The notes beneath the pieces are model-generated. The model was not told the DNA's origin and did no database searches. It saw only the letters and a program-made list of their open reading frames with translations. From Eledone cirrhosa (taxonomy: Eukaryota), in contig CAXHJY010000890.1 of NCBI GenBank assembly GCA_964016885.1, positions 1 through 57,273 on the forward strand: 57,273 nucleotides of DNA, in the 5' to 3' direction. Shown piece by piece: positions 17,281 to 30,011 of the stretch. Position 1 is the first letter of the stretch; each line of letters begins with the position of its first letter. The position numbers and the translations under genes were made by a program.

Positions 17281-18240
17281 TCTTAGAGATCAGTTCCCTG
17301 GATTGAAAGACTCACTCATAGTTTACCTACATCACAAGAGGTAGCTTGAATACGTTTCACTGATTAAGTTGTCTAAAAAGTTCTGAACACTTGGTGCTGT
17401 GCCACTCAATTTTAAATACGTTGTTAGCTTAACCAGATCATCGGAGAAAACTGTTAAAATTATGTTTAGTATTAACGAATTCAAATTACATAATATTAAT
17501 AATAAAGATAGAGAGAGAAAAAAGAAAGGGAGATAGAGAGAAAAAAGAAAGAAAAAGGAGAAAGGAAAAAAGAGAAAGATATAGAGAAAAAAGACAAAGA
17601 GTAAAAAGAGGATAGAAAGAGAAGAGCAAAGGATAAAAAAAAAATAAAATGTAAAGAAAAAGAAGAATAAAGGGAAAAATAATGATATCAACAATAAATG
17701 AATAAATGCTAATGAATATGTTACACCGAGGATGATACAGAACAATATAAAATATGAAAATAAATTGTTGGTGGTTAAAACAGAGATATGAAGGTATAAA
17801 CATGAAAATGCTAAATATATTTGCGTGTGTATTGGTTATTTTAATAAATTAATTAGATAATTAATTAATTATTTGATTAATTAATTGTAAGTTATATTAG
17901 AAGTGAAAATAATACGATAAGATAAAATGTAAGAAATTAAATAAATTTAGGGAGAGAAATTGAAAGATAGAAAATGAAAGAGAGAAAATATGAAATATAA
18001 AATATAATATTAAATATAAAAGGTTATGATGTTGGTTCATTGACAGATGATGACAATAATAATAATAATGATGATGATGATAGGTTATTATAATGGATCT
18101 AAGTGGTACAATTTGAGTTATGGAATAGATGGGGTGAATTAAGTTGGTCTAAAATTATCGAATTTGGTCGCCGTTTTATACCTACAGAAAATAGTTCTTT
18201 CAATTTAGCTGTTAAGTAGCGTTTTGTTGTATTTTAAAAA
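17281..18240 (-). mobile_element. 5'-truncated 3' fragment of a third Hydra-like PLE (EN C-terminus, 3' UTR, HHR-like motif)
   Basis: 18150-18240 minus reads LKYNKTLLNS*IERTIFCRYK, similar to PLE-1 KKLLNNRIERTLFCRHR. CCGATGA...GAAACGTA motif at 17351-17444. Confidence 0.7.
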
Positions 18241-18481
18241 TTTGGAATAGCTCCATATTATAAAGACGACAGTGCGACATGCCAATTATATAGGCTATTG
18301 CCGCTGATAACTTCATCCAGCTGATTCTATACTACTTAACAGCAAAATTGAAAGAACTATTTGTTCTGCCTTCTGTTATTGACTCTCAGGTTCATTTTTT
18401 ATGTTATCTTGCTCATTAATTAACATCCAGTTAAAATGCTTATAGCTACAGTATGTTACCGCAAAGGATATTTCATTATTT

Positions 18482-18573
18482 AAACTTTGCCTTTCATCCT
18501 TACGGGGTCGATAAAATAAAGTACCAGTAATGTACTGCTTTTGCTGGCCTTGTGCCTAAAGTAGAAACAATTA
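18482..18573 (+). mobile_element. SINE 3' fragment
   Basis: AACTTTGCCTTTCATCCTTACGGGGTCGATAAAATAAAGTACCAGT...AAAGTAGAAACAATTATT, shared with copies at ~20150, ~21465 and ~22964. Confidence 0.8.
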
Positions 18574-18899
18574 TTTTATTACTTACTTTTGGTATTTAAC
18601 AGTCCTTTAAATAATAATCTCCCTCATACATATTTATCTTTGATAGACGTTTTTCATTTGTGTATGTTGTAGCTGGTGTCATTCATTGAATGCTAAATAT
18701 TTGTATCTCCGTCTTTTGTCTGAGATCTTTATCTAATATTTGAATAGTAATAATACGATCTTTTTCAAGATCGTATCGATATAATTTTCCAATTTTCCAA
18801 TTAAAATTTCATATGAATTCCTTTTGCGGATCAGGGAGAATTTATAGAAGTGTATAATGGACCTAATAAACACATGCCTATTTCCTGTATGAATTCCTG

Positions 18900-19750
18900 T
18901 TCGATCATCCATATACAGTAGATGGCATATTGTCTTGTAGTATTTAGACCCCAGTCCAGTTTTGTTTAGTGACTCAAATAATTGTATCAGTGCTAGGCAG
19001 AGAAGCAGTGGTGATAGGGCGTTCCTTTGAAATATCCCTCTGTTGATTAGGATGGGCTCAGTTCTTATCGTTCCATCCTTTGCTTGTATCGGAAGAACTG
19101 TTTGAAAATTACTCATTGTATGCCTGTTACTTTCTTCTATTGTTGGTGCTACTTTATTCATATTTAGTGTTAACTAACCATCTATTGGGAACACTGTCAA
19201 ACGCCTTCTGTTAGTCTATTCAGCCTATGCTGACGTTAGTTTCAGTTTCCGATTATGACTTTATTGATTAGCAGCTGAACTTTATAGCCATGTAAGCCTT
19301 TGCAGCATCATTTCTGTTCTTTTAGAAGCAGGTCGATTTTCATGTGCTAAGTCATGTCTCTGCGGTTTGCTGTGTCATCATTCTTGGGTATCATCGTGGT
19401 TTTCCTTTAGTGAGCCAGGCAGTATCTTATTAAACTGTATTGCGAGTTCACCATGAGTCTCTCTCTTAAGTATTTCAGCCAAATGTTTGGTACAGTATCC
19501 GTGTCTTTCAGTCACTTGATTTTATCACTGCACTAGACATATCATCTATTTTAATACAATCCTACGTTGCTCTTGTTAGCTCTGCGCATGTTAATTTCCC
19601 TTCTTCTGTCCGAAATCTTTGTTCGAAAAACGTTGGGCCTTTTAGTATCTCCTGATACACTATGTTTTTGCAAGGATTTGTTATTTTATGTGTTACTTAA
19701 TCTTTGGTATTTCATATTCTGTTATACGTCTTTATCATTTTCTTTTCTTT
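18900..19750 (-). pseudogene. Degenerate R4/Dong-like LINE RT fragment
   Basis: INRGIFQ(G)..LSPLL.CLAL...ICHLLYMDD is typical of REL-type R4/Dong RT; the upstream part is heavily decayed. Confidence 0.7.
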
Positions 19751-20060
19751 CCTATTTCATTTAAGATTGAGAGGATTTGTGTTAATTAGTCTTTCGTGTT
19801 TATTAAGTCTGTGATAAGATTTTCTATTAATTTTTAACTGTGGGAGGTGCATTCTTTTGTCCATACATGGATTGTTTATTCTTTGGAGTTCTTGGATTAT
19901 TACCAGATTTACCCTAAAATGGTCTTGAATTTCGACTGCAGGGTTTATTTACCTACATCTTTCTCCTCATATCTCTTTTCGATTTTTATTGTGGTTGTGT
20001 TGTTCTGAATCAATTTGGGTTGGTCAGTAATCTGCATTATTATTGGCATTATCGGTGGAT

Positions 20061-20245
20061 TGGCAGTATCGGTAGAGGGTCTGACGCCATGCTTTGAAGC
20101 ATTGAGTTACGACCCTTTACAGTCTGAGTTCAAATTCTGCCGAGGTTAACTTGGCCTTTTATCCTAACGGGGTCGATAAAATGAAGCACCAGTAATGCAC
20201 TGGGATAATTGCTGGCCTTTTGCCAAAAGTAGAATCAATTATTAT
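20061..20245 (+). mobile_element. tRNA-derived SINE with Pol III A/B boxes
   Basis: A box TGGCAGTATCGG (20061-20072), B box GAGTTCAAATTC (20126-20137), shared GGGGTCGATAAAA body, ATT tail. Confidence 0.85.
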
Positions 20246-20299
20246 TTTCATTGTTTTTCGTAACGCTTTTGCTCTGACACATATTATACCGACACTTTA

Positions 20300-20790
20300 A
20301 CAACAGAGCGAGCCATTGCCAATGTCCAAGGTCCTTTCGGTCATTCCTTCTTCAACTTTACAACACCCTCCTTAGAATTCTTTCAAAGCTGTTTTCTGTA
20401 AATATCTCGTCCTAATGTTAATTCCTACCTTCTGAAGCCATGCATTTAACATTTTACTAACTACTACCAGTGTGCCAACCACAATCGGTACGCAGCTATG
20501 TGTGCTATTCTCCACAGTTTCCTCATTTCTCTTTTCAGCCTTTGGTGTTTCTCAACTTTCTCACTTTCCTTCTCATTCACTCTGTCGTTCAATATTGAAG
20601 CAATATCCACAATACATGCCTTATTATTCTTTTCTACGACAAAATGTAAAGCTTCCTATCCACGATAAAATGGTCGCACTAGATGGCCATACCCCACAAG
20701 ATCTTATACTGTTCATTTCCAGCAAGCTTTTACGGTTGGTGTGCATACCATTTATCTCTTATGACAGAGCTTCCAATGAACCAATCTGGC
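20300..20790 (-). pseudogene. Degenerate R4/Dong-like restriction-like endonuclease fragment
   Basis: Minus translation near 20650-20760 reads DKWYAHQP*KLAGNEQYKILWG..I*CDHFIVDRK, matching the KWYEH..ENE..KILWD pattern. Confidence 0.55.
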
Positions 20791-21376
20791 AAAATTGAGG
20801 TGCTTTCTCTTGCACTCTTTCTGAAGAAGAAACTTAACTTTATCTTTAATGGCAACTTCAGTCCCATCAGCCAGGGAATTTCAATGGTCGGCGGAACCTG
20901 GTTCACCCTTATTCTTACAAGACTTTGACCACAGTAGCTTGGGACGTTTTAGTGGGGCCATGGAGTGATCTCTGGCTTCCTGTTGGGGTTCCAAAAAACT
21001 CGTCCACGCTCCCATATTTTTGTCCACGTCTGATATGGGTTTTTTGAGCCCATACATGTCCTAAAACATATTGGATCTGGGACTCGGATGTCCACTGCAC
21101 ACGGCGTGTTTTTATACTGATCATGCGAAATGATACTGTAAATAGGCGGTGATGCTGGATGTTATTTGATGGTGGTGTGAGGCTGACCCTGTATCTATTT
21201 CCTCAACCATCGCCTGGCCGCATTCAGTTCTTTCTGGTTTACCTCAATCGTTTCGTTCTTGTTCGCCGCTTTAGCAAAAGGCTCATTTGGTTTTGCGCTA
21301 TTGCTGCTGTTATATTTATTCATATTGTTGCTGTTGTTGTCATTGTTATTTTTGTTATTATTATTTTTGTGTGATT

Positions 21377-21503
21377 TGGCAGTATCGGTAGAGAGTCGGA
21401 CACCATGCTTTGAAGCATAGAGTTACGTTCCTTTATGATCTGAGTTCAAATCCAGCCGAGGTTAACTTTGCCTTTCATCCTTACGGGGTCGATAAAATAA
21501 AGT
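21377..21503 (+). mobile_element. tRNA-derived SINE (3'-truncated)
   Basis: TGGCAGTATCGG A box, GAGTTCAAATCC B box, same body as the 20061 copy. Confidence 0.85.
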
Positions 21504-21828
21504 GGCAAAGGCAGGAAGTCTACCTCTGCACGTAGGAAACTTTGGCGACTGCTTTTGCTGCTGCTGTTGTGAGCGAAAGCGTTTTCGATTTTGGCAATTG
21601 TAGCAAGGTTCATAATGATAGTGGTGGGAGTAGTGTGTATGTTAGAGCTACTGTCACGAGACAGCTGGCTAGATTTGGGTAGACGAATGCCGACCGTATT
21701 TTCTTCTCAAAAGTAATTGTTTGTTTGACAAAATAAAGTTTATATTTTAGGCTCAAGGACCCAATATTATTGAATGTCTTTTTCAGAAAGCAATATACGA
21801 TGAATTTATAGACACTTAACAACAAGTT

Positions 21829-22070
21829 ATGCGCCTGTAAATTGGAGGGAAACTGGGTGGTCTGGGTCATCGTGGCTTTTTTAATGGTCTTTCTCCACGA
21901 GTGTACCTCGGAAGTCTCCCCCTATTGGGGAATTATCCTTGTTTCTTTATTTTGTCATTTCCTTTGTTTTTTCTTTACACGCAGAAATGCCTATTTATAC
22001 TGTCCTGTATCGTCCTGTGCTGTCCTTAATGTTATACATTATGTCAACCTTTGTGGTTAACAAAGAAAAC
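21829..22070 (+). mobile_element. Tx1-clade LINE 3' UTR fragment ending in (ATT)n
   Basis: Homologous to the 3' UTRs at 25800-26053 and 34880-35139 (AAGTCTCCCCCTATTGGGGAATT...AAAGAAAAC-ATT). Confidence 0.85.
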
Positions 22071-22085
22071 ATTATTATTATTATT

Positions 22086-22720
22086 GTTTTTTGAGTCTCA
22101 GTCATTGATGTTGGTTAACTGGAAAGTTTGTTGAAATGAATATCAAGCCACTACCTGCAGCCTCAGATATTCAGGACGTATCGGAGGGTTCTTGCCAGTG
22201 AATCACCCTGCCCATCACATCATGTCTCCAGCCTTTATAGTGAATCTGGGCTAGGTGTTTACACTCGGATACAATGTGAGCCACAGTCTTCTCTCTCTCT
22301 CCACAGATCCTGCACAGTGGGCTAGCCTCCTCCTTGTAAATATGGTGTTTCAACCACTTCGTTTTGAGGGCCTGCTCTTGCGCAGCCATTAGGATTCCTT
22401 CTGTAGCCTTTTTAAGATCTCCTCTTTTCAACCAGTTCCATGTCTGTGGATCTCTGAATTCAGTTTTCTCAAAGAAGGTACTATGAAGGGATTTTTCATG
22501 AAGGTTGCTCTTCCTCCTTGTTGTTATTTCCTCCTTGGACATCCCCTGGTCTATTGTCCTCTCCTTCAGTACAATTCTGAGCATTGGCTCCCTACTATCA
22601 GTCACGTATTTGTGTAGGTTGTTTTTCTCCATCTGAACACAGTGCTCTATGCTGATAAGACCTCTTCCACGTTCGGAACTCCTTAAGTAGAGTCTATAGA
22701 CATCACTCTTCTTGTGGAAC
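22086..22720 (-). mobile_element. R4/Dong-like LINE 3' fragment with internal deletion and (AAT)n tail
   Basis: RLYL...GRGL, CRICG....HIVSEC zinc finger and RHD motif joined directly to the terminal RTLRYVLNI* and 3' UTR. Confidence 0.85.
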
Positions 22721-22743
22721 ATATTATTATTATTATTATTATT

Positions 22744-22946
22744 GTTCTTTGAGTCTCAGTCATTGATGTTAGTTAACTGGAAAGTTTGTACAAATGAATA
22801 TCAAGCCACTACCTGCAACCTCAGATATTCAGGACGTATCGGAGGGTTCTTGCTGTTCCCACCAAGCATGCCTTTTGAAGCGTTCCAAAAAGCGTGGTGG
22901 GGGCAATTTTCTTTAACCATCCCTGGAAACCTTTTGAGATAGTACC
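22744..22946 (-). mobile_element. Second R4/Dong-like LINE 3' end
   Basis: GTISKGFQGWLKKI...LQKACLVGTARTLRYVLNI*. The 3' UTR is nearly identical to 22086-22195 and is flanked by (AAT)n. Confidence 0.85.
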
Positions 22947-22963
22947 TATTATTATTATTATTT

Positions 22964-23065
22964 AACTTTGTCTTTCATCCTTTATTTTATCGACCCTGGG
23001 GTCGATAAAATAAAGTACCAGTAATGTACTGGGCAATTGCTGGCCTTGTGCCTAAAGTAGAAACA

Positions 23066-23098
<33 letters not shown>
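22964..23098 (+). mobile_element. SINE 3' fragment with (ATT)n tail
   Basis: Same body as the other SINE copies; internal fold-back TTTTATCGACCC-T-GGGGTCGATAAAA; ATT tail 23066-23098. Confidence 0.8.
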
Positions 23099-23099
<1 letters not shown>

Positions 23100-26053
23100 C
23101 ATGGGCTCCCGCCCGAAAGTTCTCCCGAAGAAATCGGCTAGTTGGTTTTCGTCGACGCCTAGAGTCTCTCCAAGGAAGTCGTTGCTCTTTCGTTCCACTA
23201 TTCCTCTATAGAAATCCAAGATGGAGTTTCCAGCGATTGTATTACTCGACTAGTCGAGGGCTGTAAGCGCCTGAAGACATTCTAGTCTCCAAGCGCTTCC
23301 TTTCGGTCTTCACTTGACCCAGGACTGCAGCTCCGCCAAGGAGACAACTAGGGAAACATGTGTCTAGCAAAAGGCGACCACACCTGATCACCGTCAAGGA
23401 ATAGGTGGAGATGCCGTATCCTGAGCGCATGACAGCGCATCATCAACCCCGACACGCCCAGACATCCGCGTAGCGGGTGTTGACAGCAGTTGGACCGCTT
23501 GACCATCGGAGCACGTCCCTTCCACAAACAGCGAAAGAGCAAACGCTCCAGTGCAGTCAGGCGAGGCTTAGGACAAGGCACGAGGGTCAGGCGCTAGTAG
23601 ATGACGGACGCGATGTAAGCATTCACCACATCCCCTCGACCTTTCAGGGATAGCTTCCTCTCTGCCCATTTCTGGGTGAGAGAAGCCACCTTGCTCGTGA
23701 CCTCCTCCCAGTTTTTGTCCGTCTGGAGGTCCGGAGCGACCCAGACTCCTAGCAATTTAACTGGTTCGTCTGTCCAGCGCGCGACGAGATGTTGGGCGGC
23801 ATGGAACTGCCTCTCCAGGTGCCGAGTTGCAGGCCTACTGATTTTTCCTGGTTGATCATTGCTCCTGTCACTATCTCGTATTCTCTTAGCGTGGTGCCGA
23901 TTACCTCGATGTGTTTGGTGTTCGAAACCACTACGGTAATGTCGTCTGCATAAGATGACACTGTTCTTCCGCATCCTAGTTCACGTGGGTTCCCCCTCAG
24001 CGTCTCCAGATTGTGCAGTAATGGCTCGAGAGTCAATACGTACAACAAGGATGAGAGAGGACATCCCTGGCGGATTGAACGCATGATGTTGAATGTTTCC
24101 GAAAGGTGACCGTTCACTCTCACCACAGAGTAGATGTCGCTGTGCATGGCAGCAATCCAGCCTCTGAAGACAGGCGCAAAGTCAGCTGCTCTTAGGACGG
24201 CAGCCAGATAACGACGGTCGACCCTATCGAAAGCTTTTTGACTGATCTAAATTGATCAAAGTGCCTCCCATGCCAGGTTCCCTAGCTACCCTCTCTACGA
24301 TGATATCGCATGAGGTGGAGGTTGTAGTGGCTGGTTCTGTCTGGAATGGCGCATGTTTGCGCCTCTCCCAGCAGACCACCAACGACAAGCGCCAAACTCT
24401 TTGCTAACACCTTAGCCAAAATCTTGAAGTCTGTATTTAGCAGAGTTATGGGCCTGAAATTTTTTATGTTATGCCCCTTATTCGGATCCTTTCTCAACAG
24501 CGCCACCGCTCCTTGGCTCACAAAGATGGGAATTCTCCCATTCTGCTGCCAGTTGCAGTAGACGTCTGCCAAGAGGTCTTCGAACAAGTCTGGCATCTGT
24601 ACGTAAAGTTCATAGGGCTGACCATCCAAACCAGGCGATTTACCCATTGTGCAGCTAGTCATTGCCTCCAGTACTTCAGCAGCTGTTATCGACCTTTCGC
24701 AACACTCCGCCTCAGTGGCCGAGAGCCGCGGCAATTCTTCGAGGTAGGCACTGAAGTCCAGTCCGCGATTTCCACCGAATAGCTGAGAAAAGTGCTGCTG
24801 AAAAGCCGCACACATCTGCCCGGGATGGAGTATCATGTGCCCGTCGTGGTTCGCCATAGAACGGATTGTGGCTTTGTTGCCACGACGCGCCTCCGCCACC
24901 CGGTTTATCACCCCGTGTCTGAGATCACGCACCCTAGCTCTGACAACGCAGCCTACGTTGAAAAATTGGTCGAGAGCCAATTTCGCAGCAAGCACGTCGG
25001 TCGCGATGCCTTTACTAAGCGCCTCGTCTAACTTCTCAACTAGATTTCCTTCTGCTCTATTTTTCTCTGTTACTAGCGCTTTACTAAACCTAATGGACTC
25101 TATTCTAATCGCTCTTTTCAGGGCAAACCAGCATTTGTTGTTGACGATAGCCCCTGTCTGCGCCCGCTTAACTAATTCGCTAATCCGGTCTCAGTAAGCT
25201 TTGCGTGCTGTTAACGGCGCGTTTAGTTTCTAATAGCCGGGTCACTGTCTATGAAGCCTATCTAAGTCAAGCACACAGATCAGAATTTGTGGTCCGTGTA
25301 GCTGACTATCTTGAAATCCCTGGCCTGGCAGTGCTACCGAGGAGCCTTGCCAGATCGGGATAGACTCTACAGGCACGGAAGTGCCGTCAGCCGAGCCTGT
25401 CCGAGATGCGCAGAGAGCGATGAAACCGTCCTGCATGCACACGTCCAGTGTCCGAGCATTGCTGATTTGAGGGTTTATGCCGAACACCTGCTGTCACGTG
25501 TAGAACGGATCCGTCTATCAGCCGAGTCCATCGTGAAGATTGCCCCGCCGCCTTTCCTTTAGCAGAGAAGGGCAGGCAGTTTTTATCTGCCTGGAGGCCA
25601 TAGTAAAATAGATTGTATGGTGGACACGTCTGAAAGGGTTGAAGACCGGTACTCTCCTCTTCGGTGACGCCCTCATTAAATTTTACAGGTTTCATCTGAA
25701 GAGGAAAATCAGGGTGGAGAGGGAAGTGCTGACCTCCAGCCAGTTTGTTGAAAGGTGGGTGAGAGAGGCCAGAATGGCCCGTGTGAATGGGTCTATCTGA
25801 GCGTGTGCCCGTAGCATTGTAGGATGAAAACTGGAAGATGGCATTTGCCCTAACGGTCAGAGTAACCGTGGCCTTTCTTGTGGGCTTTCTCCACGATCAA
25901 CCCTTGGAAGTCTCCCCCTATTGGGAATTCTTCATTGTTTCCTTTTGACACACTCATTTTTTGTTTTTTTTTAAACGCAGAAATGCCCATTTGTATTGTC
26001 CTGTATTGTCCTTAATGTTATACTTTGTGTTAACACTTGTGGTTAAAGAAAGC
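23099..26053 (+). mobile_element. Tx1-clade LINE (copy A), 5'-truncated with twin-priming inversion, decayed
   Basis: 23099-~25316 is inverted ORF2 (YADD, QGCPLS). ~25313-26053 is the sense 3' end (KSLAWQCY, CPRC zinc finger, 3' UTR). (ATT)n on both flanks. Confidence 0.9.
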
Positions 26054-26075
26054 ATTATTATTATTATTATTATAT

Positions 26076-26323
26076 TTTCTTGGAACATCCTGCACTTTAG
26101 TTTTAGTGGGCGACTGGAAAGGGATCTTAGATGCACGCTGGGACTGTGTTGGATTATCGGATAGGGGAGGAGGGTGTAAAAGCCTCGCAAACCTGCTCAG
26201 ACGGTTTCAATTGTCTGACAGGTACGGTCTGGATTTCCCGAATGTGCCAATGTGGACATGGACAAACCGCATCGGGTCATCCAGATCATATCTAGATAGA
26301 GGTATTTTGTAGGTAAATAGATA
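26076..26323 (+). mobile_element. Tx1-clade LINE copy D, 5' part (APE fragment), interrupted by copy B
   Basis: FLGTS..LVLVGDW.GILDARWDCVG...WTWTNRIGSSRSYLDR; continues at 32143. Confidence 0.88.
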
Positions 26324-26587
26324 TGTTTCTTTTATTTGCCACTAGGGCATCAAAAGTGGGACAAGTACAAAGGGGGGAGTTTACACAAAAAGGCGTTCTC
26401 AATAAGGAGGAGGCAATAACAAAATATAAAAATAAAATAAGATATAACAAAAAATAAAATTCATAACAAAATCCTCAATAGAGAGGAGGCGCCTTGGGGG
26501 GTCGCACACACCCCCGAAAAAAGTGTGCAACCCTTTTCCTCAGGAGCACAGAGAAGGGGTGCTCCCTCGTTCCTTCCTCTTTTCCAC

Positions 26588-29500
26588 CTACAGGCTTATG
26601 TAAAGAGAAGGCCCATTCACACGGGCCATTCTCGCCACTTTCACCCACCTTTCATAAAAACGACTGGGGTGCAGCACCTCTCTCTCCATCCTGATCCTTC
26701 TTCCGAAATGATATCGGAAGAAACGGACCAGTTGTTGGCCAGAGTGAAAGGTGCCTGACCTCAGTCCTTTCAGACGCGTCCACCATACAGCCTCTTTCGC
26801 CATGGCTATTACGCACAGAAACACCGCCTCTGCTTCATCTTTGAAGGGGGGGGGGGCGGCTTGATCATTACAATAGACTCGGTGGTCAACCGGATCGGTC
26901 CCACCCTTGACAGCAGTTGTTCGACATAGCCCCACAGATCGGCTACGCCCGAGCAGTGTACCAATGCGTGTGCAACGGTTTCCTCGTCGCACACGCATCT
27001 GGGACAGATCTTTTTGGCGGGGTCCCTACCCGGGCGCCCGTGTCTGTAGAGCCTTTCTCGAACGGGTAAAGCCCCTCAGTAGCACTGCCAGGCCAGGGAC
27101 TTCTGGAAGTTGTCCATAGGTCCCGGGCTGAATGTCCTACCGAACAGGCTGGCCAGTTCGTCCTCCTCCATGTCTAGGGCTTCTCCGAGGGTGTCGTCGC
27201 ACCTGCTGCGTACCAGCCCTCTATAGAATGTTGCGGTGGAGTCTCCACTGATAACCGGATCCGCCTGCCAGAGGGCGGTGAGCGCCTGGGCACACTCAGT
27301 GTGCCAGGCGCCCAGTTTTCTCGGTCTTTGCTTGACCCAGGATTGTAGCTCGGTGAGTGAGACGAGTCTGGGAAAGGTTCGTCTCACAAACGAGGCCCAC
27401 ACCGGTTGTCCGGTGAGGAATACGTAGAGGTGCCGTAGCCTTAATGCGTGTTTACGCATCATTAGCCACGGCATCCCCAGCCCTCCTTTCGAAGGGTGTT
27501 GACAGCAGATGGATCTCCTCACCATAGGAGCCCGCCTCTTCCAAAGGAATTGGAAGAGCGCGCGCTCCATCTTGGTGAGGGTTTCCCTTGGGCAGGGCAC
27601 TACGGTCAGGCGGTAGTAGATGACGGACGCTATATAAGTGTTCGCCACCTCCGCCCGACCTTTCAGGGATAGTTTGCAACTGGCCCACTTCTGGGTCAGT
27701 GCAAACACCCTGTTCGTAACCTCCGCCCAGTTTTTCTCCACCTGGAGGTCCGGTCCGAACCAGACCCCGAGCAACTTCACCGGGCCCTCCGTCCAGCGTC
27801 CGACGACGCCATCGGAGGGCATCGGTCTGCCCCTCCACGTGCCGAGTTGCAAACCGATCGACTTGTCCCGGTTCAGCTTAGCCCCTGTGAACTTTTCGTA
27901 CTCCTCCAGTAAGGTGCCGACCGCCTCGATTTCGGAGGCCGTCGACACCATTACTGTCACATCATCGGCGTAGGCTGACACCGCTTTCCGCAATCCCGGT
28001 TCCAAAGGGATGCCCTGCAACAACTCCAACTTCCGCAGTAGTGGCTCGAGAGTCAACACATACAGAAGGGAGGAGAGAGGGCACCCTTGTCGGATGGACC
28101 GCGCGATTTTGAACGGCTCCGAGAGGTAGCCGTTCACCTTGACCCTAGAGCAGATGCGGCTGCTGTGCATAGCAGTGATCCAGCCCCTGAAAACGGGTCC
28201 GAAGCCTGCCGCCGCTAGCACTGCATCCAGGTAACCATGGTCGACCCTATCGAACGCCTTAGATTGATCCAAGTTGATCAGAGCCCCACCAAAGCCGGGT
28301 TCGTTCCCAACCCTCTCTATGATGTATCGCATGAGGTGGAGGTTGTCATGGATGGACCTGGACGGGATAGCGCATGTCTGCGCATCTCCCACCAGGTTGC
28401 CCACGACAAGCGCCAACCTCTTTGCTAGCACCTTGGCCAAAATCTGTAACTCTGTATTTAGTAGAGTTATGGGCCTGAAGTTACTTATTTCGTCCCCCTT
28501 GTTCTCGTCCTTCCTCACTAGCGTGACTACGCCCTTCGTCACAGTACAGGGAATTCTCCCGTTCTGTTGCCAGTTGCAGTAGACCGCCTCGAGGAGGTCG
28601 GGGAACAAGTCCGGCATAGCTAGATATAATTCGTAAGGAAGACCATCGAGACCCGGGGATTTGCGTTTGCCGCATTGGCTCAGCACGTCCTCTATCTCAG
28701 CGGCCGAAATCGGCTCCTCGCAGGACTTCGCCTCCCTGTCCGAGAGGCGCGGCAGGCCGTCGAGGTATGGACCGAAGTCCACGTTCCCAACCGGCTCCCC
28801 GCCCCTCCCGAACAGTCGGGAAAAGTGCCTTTGAAAGGCCTCACACATCTGCTTAGGCTCAAGAATCGCCCGTCCATCCAGGTCTCGCAAAGACCGGATG
28901 GTGGATTTAGTTCCACTGTTGGCCTCTGTCACGCGGGCCCAGCTAACAGCTTTGGTCCCCTCGTTCCCTAGAGCACGTATTTTACTTCGGACAATGCAGC
29001 CTTCGTGCTTCGCGTCGAAAAACTGGCTCAAAGCCGTTCTCGACGCTAGCACTCTGGCCACGTCGCCGCTTCTAATTGCCTCTTCTACTCTATCTATTAG
29101 CTCCCTTTCCTTCCTATTCCTATCCGCAGCTAGAACCTTACTAAATTCAATCGAGACTACTCTAATCTCTCTCTTTAGAGATACCCACCACCTGCTGTTG
29201 ACGATCGCTCCAGTCAACCGTTCCTTAACTAACGTACTAATCCGATTCCTGTAGGCTCTACTTGCCGGCAAGGACAAGTTGAGCTTCCAGTAACCGGGGC
29301 CCTGTCTATGCGTTCTATCAAGGTTGACCATGCAGGTCACCAACTTGTGGTCTGAATAGCCAACCATGAGCATTTCTGGACAGCTTAAAAAGTCCCTGTC
29401 CTTATTTCTAACTAAAAATCTATCTATGTACGATCTAGATGATCCGCTGCGATTTGACCAAGACCAGGTTGGCACCGTCGGAAAATCTAGTCGAAATCTA

Positions 29501-30011
29501 TCGGCCAGGTCAAATCGGCCGAGTAACCCCTTGAGGCTGTTGCACCCCTCTCTATCGGGACATGCCGTGCATCCAGGATACCATTCCAATCCCCTACTAA
29601 AAGCAGGGAACGGGACGTCCCTAGAAAAGACTCCAGACGCTGGAAAAAGTCGGGCCGCTCTGTCCCAAAAGGGGCATATGCGGCTATCAGCCTAAAGGCT
29701 CTACCTTCACCACTGCCAAGGTCCAGCACCACCAGTCGACCCCCTGGGTCCAAGTGAACTATCTGTGTTGCAAGGCCCATATGTTTTTGCAGCAGAACGA
29801 CAACCCCACCCCCACCTCCGGGCTGACAGAGAGATGCGTGCATCTCAAAGTCGTCAAAGGTGGGGGCTAGCTGTCGCATGCTGCTGATCCGGGCCTCGCA
29901 GATAACCATCACATTTATAGATTGTGACCTGAGGTCATTTAGAAGCATTGCTTGCTTCCAAGACGAGCCCAGGCCACGCGCATTTAGACACCCTACTCTT
30001 AGCACAGCCAT
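26588..30011 (-). pseudogene. Tx1 copy B ORF2 (APE endonuclease, RT, C-terminal zinc finger), disrupted
   Basis: LNARGL, GDWN, SDH, SPGLDG, FRPITLLN, KAFDRV, QGCPLS, YADD. Frameshift ~29560, TGA at 27076-27078 in place of Arg, further shift near the G run at 26845. Confidence 0.92.

Noticed and set aside
27076-27078. In-frame TGA in Tx1 copy B as possible selenocysteine or readthrough
   Set aside because: It aligns to Arg (CGA/CGG) in copies A, C and D, so a CGA>TGA mutation explains it; the copy has other lesions.
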